The notes under the pieces: generated by a model
Told to the model about the DNA's origin: nothing
The model's database searches: none
Seen by the model: only the letters and a program-made list of their open reading frames with translations
Shown here: in pieces, positions 29,691 through 39,530 of the stretch
Position numbering within the stretch: position 1 is the first letter of the stretch
How the letters are laid out: each line of letters begins with the position of its first letter
NCBI GenBank assembly: GCA_963801165.1
Contig: CAWDDT010000011.1
Coordinates: 224,001-288,000, forward strand
Length of the DNA: 64,000 bases
Direction of reading: 5' to 3'
Source: an uncultured bacterium
Lineage (GTDB): Bacteria > Actinomycetota > Acidimicrobiia > Spongiisociales > UBA5794
Made by a program: the position numbers and the translations under genes

Positions 29691-31004
29691 ATGACCGGAT
29701 CGGTGTCTCAGCAGCACACCTCGCTGCGCTCGTTTTTCGTGGTGTGGGCGGGACAACTCGTCTCGATCACCGGGACGACGATGTCGGCGTTCGGTCTCCA
29801 GCTCTTTGTGTACTCCGAGACCGGGTCGGTCACCCGGCTGACCTTTGTCGCTCTCGCCGCCACCATCCCCGCCGTTGTCCTGGCCCCCGTTGCCGGTTCC
29901 GTCGCGGACCGGCTCAACCGGCGGTTGGTGATGCTGGCGTCGGACACCCTGGGGGGCATAGCAACCTTGGGTCTGTTCTGGCTACACGTCACCGGGAACC
30001 TACAGATCTGGCACATCTACGTCGCGGCCCTCGCCGGCTCAGTCGCCAACACGTTTCAAGAGCCGGCCTGGCAGGCGTCCATCCCGGTTCTGGTTCCCAA
30101 GGCGCAACTCGCCAGGGCCAACGGGCTCGTTCAGCTCAACCAGGGTGTGTCTATCGTCCTCGCCCCGGCTATGGCGGGAGCGCTGCTGGCTACGTTTGGT
30201 CTCGGAGGAGTACTGATCGCCGACGCCGTCTCGTTCCTCGCGGGTGTCGGGACACTCGCGGCGGTGCGTTTCCCGCCGTTCCGCGCCAGAGACACCGGAG
30301 CCCGGTCGGTGCGGGACGATGCCAGCTTTGCCTGGCGCTACCTGCGTGAGCGGCCCGGTCTGTTCGGGTTGTTGTGGATCTACAGTGGTGTCAACTTCAT
30401 GCTCTCGATGACCAACGTGCTCATCATCCCGCTCATCTTGTCCTTCTCGACGGAGGCCGCGGCGGGGACCATCCTGTCGCTGGCCGGGTTCGGGGCGGTT
30501 GTAGGGAGTGTCGCAGTTGGTGCTCTCGGTGTCCCCAAGCGTCTACTCCCCACCATCATGGGTGGCATATTCCTGACAGGGATCATCCTCGTCCTCGGCG
30601 GCAGCCGGGCATCGCTGGTCGTCATCGGCACCGCGACAGTGTTGTTGCTGTTGTTCAACCCGATCGTCAACAGCGCCAGCCAGGTGATCTGGCAGACCAA
30701 GGTCGAGGAAGGAGTCCAGGGGAGGGTCTTCTCGCTACGGCGGATGATCAGCCAGGCGGTGTCACCAATGGCGATCCTGCTTGCGGGACCTCTTGCCGAC
30801 CACGCCTTCGAGCCGCTCCTCGCCCCCGATGGGGGGCTCGCAGGCAGCGTCGGTGTGCTGATCGGGGTCGGCCCGGGCCGGGGCATCGGCTTGCTGTATG
30901 TCGTCGCCGGTCTCGGGACCATGGTGCTGGCGGTGGTGGGATGGTCCCGTCGGCACATTCGCAACATCGAGACCGAGCTGCCCGATCTGGCCGGGCGCGA
31001 TTGA
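29691..31004 (+). CDS. MFS transporter (MefA/DHA3-like efflux family)
   Basis: WAGQLVS, AGSVADRLNRR, QGRVFS; about 12 TM segments. Confidence 0.9.
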   Translation: MTGSVSQQHTSLRSFFVVWAGQLVSITGTTMSAFGLQLFVYSETGSVTRLTFVALAATIPAVVLAPVAGSVADRLNRRLVMLASDTLGGIATLGLFWLHVTGNLQIWHIYVAALAGSVANTFQEPAWQASIPVLVPKAQLARANGLVQLNQGVSIVLAPAMAGALLATFGLGGVLIADAVSFLAGVGTLAAVRFPPFRARDTGARSVRDDASFAWRYLRERPGLFGLLWIYSGVNFMLSMTNVLIIPLILSFSTEAAAGTILSLAGFGAVVGSVAVGALGVPKRLLPTIMGGIFLTGIILVLGGSRASLVVIGTATVLLLLFNPIVNSASQVIWQTKVEEGVQGRVFSLRRMISQAVSPMAILLAGPLADHAFEPLLAPDGGLAGSVGVLIGVGPGRGIGLLYVVAGLGTMVLAVVGWSRRHIRNIETELPDLAGRD

Positions 31005-31040
31005 TCGCCGGACGCGGGGGGTCCCCGGTACCCTGATCGG

Positions 31041-31733
31041 GTGACCGCTTCCCCACACATCGGCACACTTCGCGAAACACCACTACACGCCGCGCTGAAG
31101 CAGTGGTGTGCGGAGCCGGGAGATCGGTTCGAGGTCGCCGTCGACCGGTATGTCGTGGATGTGGTTCGCGACGATCTCCTCATCGAGATCCAGACGAGCG
31201 GGTTCTCATCCATGCGCAAGAAGCTGAGCCGGTTGCTCGAGCTCGACCATCACGTGCTCGTGGTACACCCGATCGCCGTCACCAAGACGATCGTCAGGCT
31301 CGGCACCGAGGGCGAGATCCTCGGCCGGCGCCGGTCGCCAAAACACCGCAGCATTCTCGACGTGTTTGCGGAGCTGGTGGCCATTCCCGAGCTCGTCGCC
31401 CATCGCGGTCTCGAGATCCGGTTGGTGCTCACCATCGAGGACGAGTACCGGGCCCACGACCCGGAGCGCGCCTGGAGACGGAAGGGCTGGGTGGTTCAGG
31501 AGCGCCGCCTGGTCGAGATCGACGACGTCGTCGATCTGCGCGGACCCGACGACCTTGCTGCGCTACTGCCCGCCGACCTCCCCGACCGCTTCACCACCGC
31601 GGATGTCTCACATCGGACCGGGTGCTCTCGGCGTACGGCCCAGCAGATGACCTACTGCTTGCGCAAGCTGTCCGTTATCGAGATGACCGGCAAGCAGGGC
31701 CGATCGATCGAGTACCGACGCGTCCAGGCGTAG
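31041..31733 (+). CDS. Hypothetical protein, probable PD-(D/E)XK nuclease-like fold with C-terminal wHTH
   Basis: ETPLHAALK, YVVDV...LIEIQT; C-terminal FTTADVSHRTGCSRRTAQQMTYCLRKLSVI. Confidence 0.6.
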   Translation: MTASPHIGTLRETPLHAALKQWCAEPGDRFEVAVDRYVVDVVRDDLLIEIQTSGFSSMRKKLSRLLELDHHVLVVHPIAVTKTIVRLGTEGEILGRRRSPKHRSILDVFAELVAIPELVAHRGLEIRLVLTIEDEYRAHDPERAWRRKGWVVQERRLVEIDDVVDLRGPDDLAALLPADLPDRFTTADVSHRTGCSRRTAQQMTYCLRKLSVIEMTGKQGRSIEYRRVQA

Positions 31734-31739
31734 CGGGTT

Positions 31740-32981
31740 TCATTTGAGCAGCGGGTCCGGGGCGATCTTGACGATGCGCTCGACGGCCCCGTAGATGCGC
31801 TCCGAGAGGCCCCGCTCCTCCGGCTCGAGAAGGTTGGCCATCACCTTGAGCGCCCACTCCATCAGCGGCCGGCTCCTCATCCCCAGGAACGTAAACGTCT
31901 TCATCATGGTCGGGTGACCGATGACCATGACAAAACGGCGCGCCACCCGCTGGTAGTCGTCGAAGATGTCGTCGAGCTCCTGGGTGTATCCCTGGAGCAC
32001 CGCCGGGTTCGCGGTGGCGATGGCGTCTGCGACGTAGCCGGCGGCCATCCGCCCCGTCTCGTAGGCGTAGTCGATGCCCTCGCCGTTGAACGGATTGACC
32101 GCACCGACGGCGTCGCCGACCGCCACCCAGTTGCGACCAAAGCGCGGCTGCACCGAGAGCGACATCGGCAGCTTGCCGCCGATCGGCCTGCGTACCAGCG
32201 AATCGTCGCCCAACTCCCAATGCCCGGGCAGACCGGCCACATAGGCCTCCAGCAGCTCGGAGGTGTTCAGCCCCGTCCAACCCCGGAACGACGACACGAC
32301 GCCGGCGCCGATGTTGATCTCGCCGTCGCCGAGCGGGAACACCCATCCGTATCCCGGCATCGACTTGCCGGTGCGGTCTTTGATCTCGAGCTGGCTCTCG
32401 ATGTACGCGTCCTGCGAGTTCGGCGACTTCCAGTATCCGCGCACCGCCAGCCCGAACGGGTAGTCCTTGCGCCGCCGGGTGCCGAGCTTGCGCCCGAACC
32501 GGGACAGGGAGCCGTCGGCAACAACGACATACTTCGGGATGACCACCTCGTCGTCCTCTCCGCGACGCCGCAACGTCACCGACGCGAGATCCCCCGCGTC
32601 GAGGTTGGGGACGGCTTCGGCGCCGGAGACGACCACAGCACCCTGCTTCTCGGCGAGGGCAGCGACCTGCATGTCGAGGTCGCTGCGGCGCACCACCGCA
32701 CCCCAATTGGGGTAGATGGTGTGCTCCGGCCACGGCATCTCGAGACGGGCATCTCCCGCATAGGCGCGCAACCCGATGATCCGGTGGTGCCCGTTGAAGT
32801 CGAATCCCATATCGATGAGTTGTCGCACCGCCCGGGGCGTGAGCCCGTCACCGCAGGCCTTCTCACGCGGGTAGTGCTTCTTCTCGGCGATCAGCACCGA
32901 CAGCCCGCGCCGGGCCAGCCAGTACCCGGCGGCGGCACCACCCGGGCCACCACCGACAACGAGCACATCAGGATCCGTCAT
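31740..32981 (-). CDS. Geranylgeranyl reductase family protein (menaquinone side-chain reductase, MenJ-like)
   Basis: VVGGGPGG, YPREKACGDGLTPRAV, GYGWVFP, GDAVGAVNPFNGEGIDYA; near nuo. Confidence 0.88.
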   Translation of the reverse strand: MTDPDVLVVGGGPGGAAAGYWLARRGLSVLIAEKKHYPREKACGDGLTPRAVRQLIDMGFDFNGHHRIIGLRAYAGDARLEMPWPEHTIYPNWGAVVRRSDLDMQVAALAEKQGAVVVSGAEAVPNLDAGDLASVTLRRRGEDDEVVIPKYVVVADGSLSRFGRKLGTRRRKDYPFGLAVRGYWKSPNSQDAYIESQLEIKDRTGKSMPGYGWVFPLGDGEINIGAGVVSSFRGWTGLNTSELLEAYVAGLPGHWELGDDSLVRRPIGGKLPMSLSVQPRFGRNWVAVGDAVGAVNPFNGEGIDYAYETGRMAAGYVADAIATANPAVLQGYTQELDDIFDDYQRVARRFVMVIGHPTMMKTFTFLGMRSRPLMEWALKVMANLLEPEERGLSERIYGAVERIVKIAPDPLLK

Positions 32982-33030
32982 AGACAGGCGAGCCTACCCG
33001 CTTCCGGCGTACTCAATGCCTGCATGTCGG

Positions 33031-34245
33031 GGCGGCTTCAGGTGACCAGCGCGACGGTGTGACCCTTGGAGGTGGGTTATGGGCCGTCCGAAGACTTCGT
33101 GGCTGGTAGCGCGGGAAGTGCTGTCAGCGTTGGCTCGTGGTGTGACGATTAGGGAGGCTGTGAGCGGGCAGGGTTGGGGACTCGCACGGTTGATAAGTTG
33201 ATCAGCGAGCATGGCCGGATGTGTTTTGCGATTGATTACAGGCCGCGTCGGGGTGTGTTGACTGGTGAGGAACGGGAGGAGATCCGGCTCGGTATCAGGT
33301 TGGGTGAGTCCGATACTGAGATCGCGTATCGTTTGGGAAGGCGTCGGTCGACGATCTGGCGGGAGATCGAGAACAATGGTGGCCGTCAGGGTTATTCGTC
33401 GTGGCGTGCTCACGAGCGTGCTGCGGTAAAGGCTCGCCGGCCCAGGGAACGCTGGTTTGAGAAACGATCGTGGTTGTGGGATGAGGTTGAGGAGCGTCTC
33501 AGGGAGGGTTGGTCTCCGCAGCAGATCTCAAAGCGGCTTCGCAAAGAGCATCCTGATGATGCATGCTGGTGGGTGTCACACGAGTCGATCTATCAAGCGG
33601 TCTTTGTTCAGGGTCGTGGCGAGTTACGTAAGGAACTCGGGCGATATCTACGGACCGGGCGGACCAAACGCAAACCCCGCGCTAAAGCGCAGAACGCTTC
33701 AGCAAACGGCAAGATCAAAGACATGGTCAACATGTCGCAGCGGCCGGCTGAGGTGGCAGACCGGGCTGTGCCGGGGCATTGGGAAGGAGACCTGATCATC
33801 GGTGCCACAGATTCCAAGTCGCAGGTGGCAACGTTGGTGGAACGCACTACCCGCTTCGGGATGCTGCTCCGATTGGAGAACCGCACCGCTGAACACGTCG
33901 CCGAACGTATCGTCGAAGAGATCGAGCGGCTGCCCCAAGAGCTGTTCAGATCGTTGACGTGGGACCAGGGCAAAGAGCTCGCCGGCCACGCCAGCTTCAC
34001 CGTCGCTTCCGGTATCCCAGTGTATTTCTGTGACCCGCATTCGCCGTGGCAACGGGGCACCAACGAGAACTGGAACGGATTGGTCAGGCAATACCTGCCC
34101 AAAGGAACCGACCTGTCGGTATACAGCCAAGACGAACTCCACGAGATCGCACGCAAACTCAACACAAGACCAAGAAAGACCCTCGACTGGGACACCCCAG
34201 CCGAACGACTAAACCAACTCGTCGCGACCAAACCTTGAAACCGCC
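33031..34245 (+). mobile_element. IS30 family insertion sequence (about 1215 bp)
   Basis: Imperfect 26-bp terminal IRs ggcggcttcaggtgaccagcgcgacg / ggcggtttcaaggtttggtcgcgacg (17/26), flanked by 3-bp direct repeat cgg (33028-33030, 34246-34248). Confidence 0.88.
33079..34238 (+). CDS. IS30 family transposase (apparent frameshift near 33160; long ORF 33174-34238)
   Basis: [61 protein letters not shown]; GGAGG-ATG at 33079 is in a different frame. Confidence 0.9.
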
Positions 34246-34275
34246 CGGCACCGTCTACGCACGAACGGAAGGCGA

Positions 34276-35361
34276 TCAGCCGCCGGCGGCGGTGAGGCCG
34301 CAGTTTGCCTCTTCGGTGATGGGGTCGGCGCCGCCAAAGGCAACACGCTCATATAAGACAACCGATGCAATCTGCTGGTCGGTGAGGGCGCCACTAAATG
34401 AGGGCATGGGTGCCCCCGAGAAGCCGAGCACCGGTTTATTCGTATCGCCGTAGGTCGGGTTCGGCCATGCCGCGGAACCCGTGGTGACCCAGGTGATTTG
34501 ATCGGTGCAGGCAGAGAAGGTCTGGAGCACGGCGCCGCCGTTGAACGCCGGGCCCACCCCGCCGCTGCCGTCTGCGCTGTGGCAGGCGACGCACTTCTGG
34601 GTGTACGTGGCCATGCCCTGGGTGAAGAAAACGCTGCCGCTGCCACTGCAGGATTGCGTCTCACCGCTGACCGGGTTGACCGCCAGTTTGCCGGAGGCAC
34701 CACAGTTGGGTCCGTTGGGAGCGAAACCTGCGTAGAGCAGGGCGATCATGGGGATGATGACGAAGGAGGCCGCTAGCCAGCGCGGGAACCCGGCAAGAAC
34801 CCGTTCCGGTTCCTGTTCCGCCTGCGGCTCGGTCGTCTCCGCCGGCTCTGCCGCGTCCGCGGGTGTGCCCGCGGCCGGGGCGGTGGAAGGAGTCGGAGCT
34901 CCGGCCGACGGAGCTGCGGCCGAGGATACGGCCGAAGCCTCGCTGGGTGCCCCTTCCGGGCTCAGCCCCATCTCCGCCAGTACTTCATCGAGAGGTCTGC
35001 CTTCGCGCTTGGCCTTTGCGGCCGCCGAACGGCGCAACAACTTGTCGGGGAGCTTGCCGGCGCCGGCTTCCGCGGCGGGTGCAGCAGGAGCCGCCGGAGC
35101 CGCAGCCTCGGGCGGAGCAGGTGCGGCGGGAGCGGGAGCCGCAGCCTCGGGCGGAGCGGGTGCTGCCGGAGCCGGTGCTGCCGGAGCCGGTGCTGCCGGA
35201 GCGGGTGCGGCAGGAGCCGCAGGAGCCGCACCGCCTGCCCAACCGGCGACAAGTGCCTCGACGGCAATGCCCTGTGACGCAGCACGCGCCTTGGCGGCGC
35301 GCTCGAGCAGCGCTGCGGGGACACCGGTTTGTTCCGCGACTTGATTCAGCTGTTCATCCAT
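34276..35361 (-). CDS. Membrane-anchored monoheme cytochrome c with Ala/Pro-rich N-terminal region
   Basis: TM helix then CVACH, distal MPSF; N-terminal APAAP repeats and two copies of a helical motif. Confidence 0.85.
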   Translation of the reverse strand: MDEQLNQVAEQTGVPAALLERAAKARAASQGIAVEALVAGWAGGAAPAAPAAPAPAAPAPAAPAPAAPAPPEAAAPAPAAPAPPEAAAPAAPAAPAAEAGAGKLPDKLLRRSAAAKAKREGRPLDEVLAEMGLSPEGAPSEASAVSSAAAPSAGAPTPSTAPAAGTPADAAEPAETTEPQAEQEPERVLAGFPRWLAASFVIIPMIALLYAGFAPNGPNCGASGKLAVNPVSGETQSCSGSGSVFFTQGMATYTQKCVACHSADGSGGVGPAFNGGAVLQTFSACTDQITWVTTGSAAWPNPTYGDTNKPVLGFSGAPMPSFSGALTDQQIASVVLYERVAFGGADPITEEANCGLTAAGG

Positions 35362-37355
35362 TACTTGAACCCGTTGACATAGGTGGCTAGGGCATCTAGC
35401 TCATCGGCCGAAAGGTAATCGTAGGAAGGCATCGTCGACCAGGGCCTGTCCGTGCGAGGGTTGGCCAGATGGTCGACCGTCGTCCCACCGCGAGCCGCCA
35501 GGTGCATCAGGTCGGGCCCCATCCGGGCTACGCCCAGGAGAACGGGCTCCTCGTGGGCATAATCTCCCGCTTCCGACACCGGCCCCAAACCGACATCGGT
35601 GACGATCGGACGCACCGACTGGGTGTGACAGTACATGCAACCCTCGCGGATGTAGATGTCGCGCCCGATGGCGGCGTCGCTGCCGGCCGCATACAGATGG
35701 GCGTCGTCGGCAAGGATGGTCGGAGTCGCCGCGTCACTGTCGAGCGAGGGAAGGAACACTACGAGCAGGAAAGTGCCGATGCCTACTGCGAGGGCAAAGA
35801 TGCCGACCCGGAGCGCGGTAGGCGTCTCGTCTGCGCCCACCGCCAACTCATCGTTGACTTCCTGACCGCCTGCATCCAACTGGGGATCGGCAGCGAGCAC
35901 GTCGCTCCGGTTGTCGGCAAGGAACCACGCCGTCGTCGCGTAGGAAACGAGCAGCGCCTGAGCGACGGCGTAGATCATCAGGCCGACCATGCGAACGATG
36001 GCAAAACCGTAGTTCCACATCGCATCGGCGGTGTTCTCCCAACCGTTGCCGGCGGCGACCACACCGCCCGCATCGCTCCCCGCCCAGGTGAAACCGGTGA
36101 CGACGCCACCAATGAGCATGGCGAATCCGGCCACGGCCAGACCGAGCACCGTCAGCCGGCCATGCCAGCGTTGCACGCGAACGGCGTCGGCCGTCACCAT
36201 TGGCGGCGCGACATGGAACACGTAGGCGAACAGCCAGGCACTGAAGGCGCCGAGAACGGCGATCAGCTCGACGCCATATACCCAATCGGTGAAACCGACG
36301 ATGCCTCCCGACGCCCGCAAAGCTGATGCGAGGTTGAGCACGGGGAGAGCGGCAAACAGGCCGAGGCCGAGGTAGACGAGGTTGAGCGAGTAGCGGTCCT
36401 TAGCGGCCACCTCGTCACGCCGGCCTCGCAGGAATGTCATGACGTCGGCGACGATGGTCGCCACCGGGAGCAGCAATGCCATCGAGAACATGACACCGAT
36501 GGTCTGCAACCAATTCGGTATCGCGGTGTACGTCAACTCGGCCGAGCCCGTCATGGCCCACGCGGCGCCGAGACCCCAGAATCCGACGACGGACATTCGG
36601 GTTGGCTTGAACGTGGTCAGGCCGACCAGACGCGGAACGAGGAAGTAGACGACACCGACACCTGCAGAAGCCGCCCACAATCCCATGATGCCTGCGCGGT
36701 AGAACGCAGCCAGGACCGCGGTGTTGATCCCGTGCAGCGCCGGTGGCTGCGAATAGACGATCGTCGCCAACAGAGTCAGCATGTTGAGATTGCCGATGAT
36801 GTGGAGACCAACGAGCGACAAGACCGATGCGAGGATGAACCACTCGGCCGGGCTGCGCTCCCGATCGTTGCGCTTGGCGATGGTGCGTGCGATTGAATGC
36901 GCCGTAGCCGCGAGCCCGAGCAGCACGATGAGGTCGGCCAGCGGTGGGGCCTCGAGGTAGCGCAAACCTTCGCTCGATCCCGCCAGGATGCCAAGACCGC
37001 CGATCGCATACCCGATCGACAACAAGGAGAAACCGATCTTGGCGATGATCGGATCGGTAAGCACCTCACCGACGAGCCGGGGCACCGCGTAGTACATCGC
37101 ACCGATGAGCCCGAGCGTTAGCCAGCCGTAGAGCAGAAAATGGACCGCGGCGGGGCGGAGCCGGCCGTACGACAGCCAGTTCGATCCGCTGAGCAGGTCG
37201 GGTGAGACGTATTGCACGCTGGCGATCGCCAGCATTGCCACACCGACGATGAGGAAGACGAGCGACGCCCAGAGGTGGTAGCGAGCGACGCTCTGTGAGG
37301 AAGCGGCGGGTGACACGACGCCCGCGCTGTCGTCTTGCGAAACTTCGGCGGTCAC
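35361..37355 (-). CDS. Fusion of a degenerate cbb3-type oxidase subunit I (CcoN-like, His ligands missing) with subunit II (CcoO-like monoheme cytochrome c)
   Basis: SYGRLRP, IPNWLQT, FTDW in a polytopic domain; C-terminal GRDIYIREGCMYCHTQSVRP, RMGPDL, HLANPR, STMPSY. Confidence 0.82.
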   Translation of the reverse strand: MTAEVSQDDSAGVVSPAASSQSVARYHLWASLVFLIVGVAMLAIASVQYVSPDLLSGSNWLSYGRLRPAAVHFLLYGWLTLGLIGAMYYAVPRLVGEVLTDPIIAKIGFSLLSIGYAIGGLGILAGSSEGLRYLEAPPLADLIVLLGLAATAHSIARTIAKRNDRERSPAEWFILASVLSLVGLHIIGNLNMLTLLATIVYSQPPALHGINTAVLAAFYRAGIMGLWAASAGVGVVYFLVPRLVGLTTFKPTRMSVVGFWGLGAAWAMTGSAELTYTAIPNWLQTIGVMFSMALLLPVATIVADVMTFLRGRRDEVAAKDRYSLNLVYLGLGLFAALPVLNLASALRASGGIVGFTDWVYGVELIAVLGAFSAWLFAYVFHVAPPMVTADAVRVQRWHGRLTVLGLAVAGFAMLIGGVVTGFTWAGSDAGGVVAAGNGWENTADAMWNYGFAIVRMVGLMIYAVAQALLVSYATTAWFLADNRSDVLAADPQLDAGGQEVNDELAVGADETPTALRVGIFALAVGIGTFLLVVFLPSLDSDAATPTILADDAHLYAAGSDAAIGRDIYIREGCMYCHTQSVRPIVTDVGLGPVSEAGDYAHEEPVLLGVARMGPDLMHLAARGGTTVDHLANPRTDRPWSTMPSYDYLSADELDALATYVNGFK

Positions 37356-37670
37356 CGTTCCCTAGACCCTTCCTCTTTCGGCGCTCGATCGTGCTGCGAC
37401 GCGGGCAGAATAGCCAGATCGCTCCGACATTCCCGAAATCCAAATCCGCCTGCTCGACGATTCTCCATACATGGAACGGGCGGCACTGTAATCGCCCGAT
37501 ACGTGTGGTGAGAGGACCATCCGACAATCTGTCGGGCGAGCAGCGGCGAGAATGCGGCACGCCCCGTTCGAGCGCACTATGGTGCGGTCGCCAGGGGCCG
37601 GTAGGCGCCCGGGCAAAGCCGCCTAGGCTTACAATACGCGCCGTCTTGAAGAGACAAACCGGGACCATTG

Positions 37671-38282
37671 ATGGCTGAACCGAGAGACAAGAACTTCGTC
37701 CGAGGCATCATCGCCATCGGTGTCGGTGTCCTGCTGACGCTGGCCGGAGCTCTTTGGGCGCACTTCACCGGAGCGGACGAAGTCAACAGCGTCGGCCAGA
37801 AGATCTACACGCTCTTCCCCAGAGGATGGGCGTACGTGCTCCTCGGACAGCTCGTATCGATCGGCGGAGTATTCGTGGCCCTCGGAGGCGTCACGTTGGC
37901 CTTCCTCTACGAGAAGAAGATGACCTGGGCACGTGCGGCCATCGGCGCTTTCCTGTTCACGGCTTCGATGATCATCCTCTTCGGTGTGATCCCGAACCAG
38001 TGGCTCACATACGCCAGGAGCGTCTGGCAGTGGACCGACCAGAAGATCGTCGTATCGATTCCCAGCGCTTTGATCGGCGGCAATCAGGTCAGACTCTCGG
38101 CCGCGGCGCTCACGGACATCGTCAACGGTACGTATGTGGTGGTTCTCACGGCGGCGGTTGCAACCGTCATGATTCGCTATCAGAAGCGTGACGAGATCCG
38201 GGCGAGCCGCCAGCAAAAGCAGCAGGCATCCGCAGACAACACGAGCGCGTTCGGCCGACCACTGCGGAAGGTAGAGCGCTGA
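37671..38282 (+). CDS. Hypothetical membrane protein, first gene of the Rieske/cytochrome b operon
   Basis: About four TM segments; TGA overlaps ferredoxin ATG. Confidence 0.75.
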   Translation: MAEPRDKNFVRGIIAIGVGVLLTLAGALWAHFTGADEVNSVGQKIYTLFPRGWAYVLLGQLVSIGGVFVALGGVTLAFLYEKKMTWARAAIGAFLFTASMIILFGVIPNQWLTYARSVWQWTDQKIVVSIPSALIGGNQVRLSAAALTDIVNGTYVVVLTAAVATVMIRYQKRDEIRASRQQKQQASADNTSAFGRPLRKVER

Positions 38283-38725
38283 TGGCGGGCGACCCCTGGA
38301 CCGAGCTGATCCACACCCGTGACGACTATCAACTCGCCATGGTCGACGGCTCGTACCTCACCGCCGCGGTCAAGCCCAAGCAGTTTCTCCACATCAACGA
38401 GGCCGAATGCATCCTGTGCGAGGGGTGCGTCGACATCTGCCCGTGGAAATGCATCCACTATCTGTCGATGGACGCCATAGCCGAGGCGGATGGGGTCGAC
38501 GACCCGCACGACGCACCGGAGAACGGTGGCTTCTTCATTGTCGACGAGGACGCGTGCACCCGGTGTGCCTTGTGCATCGACCGGTGCCCCACCGGTGTCA
38601 TCTCGCTCGGCAAGTTCGCCGGGTCGGTTGCCGCACAGGCCGAGCAGTTCGACTCCAAGCCATGGGAGTACGACACCGGCGACCGGGATTGGAAGAACGG
38701 CTATATGTATGGAATCCGCTGGTAG
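38282..38725 (+). CDS. 2x[4Fe-4S] dicluster ferredoxin
   Basis: CILCEGCVDICP and CTRCALCIDRCP; no signal peptide. Confidence 0.92.
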   Translation: MAGDPWTELIHTRDDYQLAMVDGSYLTAAVKPKQFLHINEAECILCEGCVDICPWKCIHYLSMDAIAEADGVDDPHDAPENGGFFIVDEDACTRCALCIDRCPTGVISLGKFAGSVAAQAEQFDSKPWEYDTGDRDWKNGYMYGIRW

Positions 38726-38753
38726 CGGTTGAGAGATTGAGGGAGAGAACAGG

Positions 38754-39530
38754 TTGGCAAACGGAAACGGACGGGTAGGGCTGAAGGATCGCCTCTCCCA
38801 GACCGGTGATCGCATCCGCAACAGCCAGCTCTGGTCGAGCATATTCCGGCCTGGGTCACCGCTACGGCACGGCTATACGGACTCGCCGCGGAACCGCTCC
38901 TACGTCATCATGAACAACGTGCTCTATCACTTGCACCCGGTGAAGGTGAAGCGGCACGCCGTTCGACTCTCTTATACATTGTGTCTCGGTGGCCTCAGCT
39001 TCTTCCTCTTCATCCTGCTGACGATCACCGGCATCTTCCTCATGTTCTACTACCGGCCGACGTCGCCGCAGGCCTACCTGGACATCCAGGCTCTCTCCAC
39101 CGACGTTGCCTTCGGCCAGTTGGTGAGAAACATGCACCGGTGGGGTGCCCACCTCATGGTGCTGACGGTGTTCTTACACATGGCCCGCGTCTTCTACCAC
39201 GGCGCTTATAAACCACCCCGCGAGTTCAACTGGGTGGTGGGCATCGTGCTGCTGCTGCTCACCCTGCTGCTCTCCTTCACCGGCTACCTGCTCCCCTGGG
39301 ACCAGCTGGCGTTGTGGGCAGTGACGGTCGGCTCCAACATGGCGGGTTACTCCCCGGTCATCGGGAGCCAGGTGTCGTTCGCCCTGGTCGGGGGGGTGCA
39401 GATCACCCCAAGCACGTTGCTGCGATGGTACGTACTGCACGTGTTGTTCTTACCGTTCATTATCGTCGTCTTCATGGCCGTACACTTCTGGCGGGTCCGT
39501 AAGGACGGCGGGATCTCGGGGCCGCTCTAA
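38754..39530 (+). CDS. Cytochrome b6-like (split cytochrome b, N-terminal part) of a Rieske/cytochrome b complex
   Basis: LCLGG (heme ci Cys position), RNMHRW...[17 protein letters not shown]-x13-HF, GISGPL end. Confidence 0.9.
   Translation: MANGNGRVGLKDRLSQTGDRIRNSQLWSSIFRPGSPLRHGYTDSPRNRSYVIMNNVLYHLHPVKVKRHAVRLSYTLCLGGLSFFLFILLTITGIFLMFYYRPTSPQAYLDIQALSTDVAFGQLVRNMHRWGAHLMVLTVFLHMARVFYHGAYKPPREFNWVVGIVLLLLTLLLSFTGYLLPWDQLALWAVTVGSNMAGYSPVIGSQVSFALVGGVQITPSTLLRWYVLHVLFLPFIIVVFMAVHFWRVRKDGGISGPL

Noticed and set aside
35085-35230. 15-bp and 39-bp tandem repeats in the cytochrome c gene
   Set aside because: They encode the APAAP low-complexity linker and are not a separate element.
35361-37355. 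Functional cbb3-type terminal oxidase (ccoNO)
   Set aside because: The canonical His ligands for heme b, heme b3 and CuB are absent at the aligned positions.
37540-37635. Possible riboswitch upstream of the Rieske/cytochrome b operon
   Set aside because: GC hairpins are present, but no recognisable aptamer consensus.
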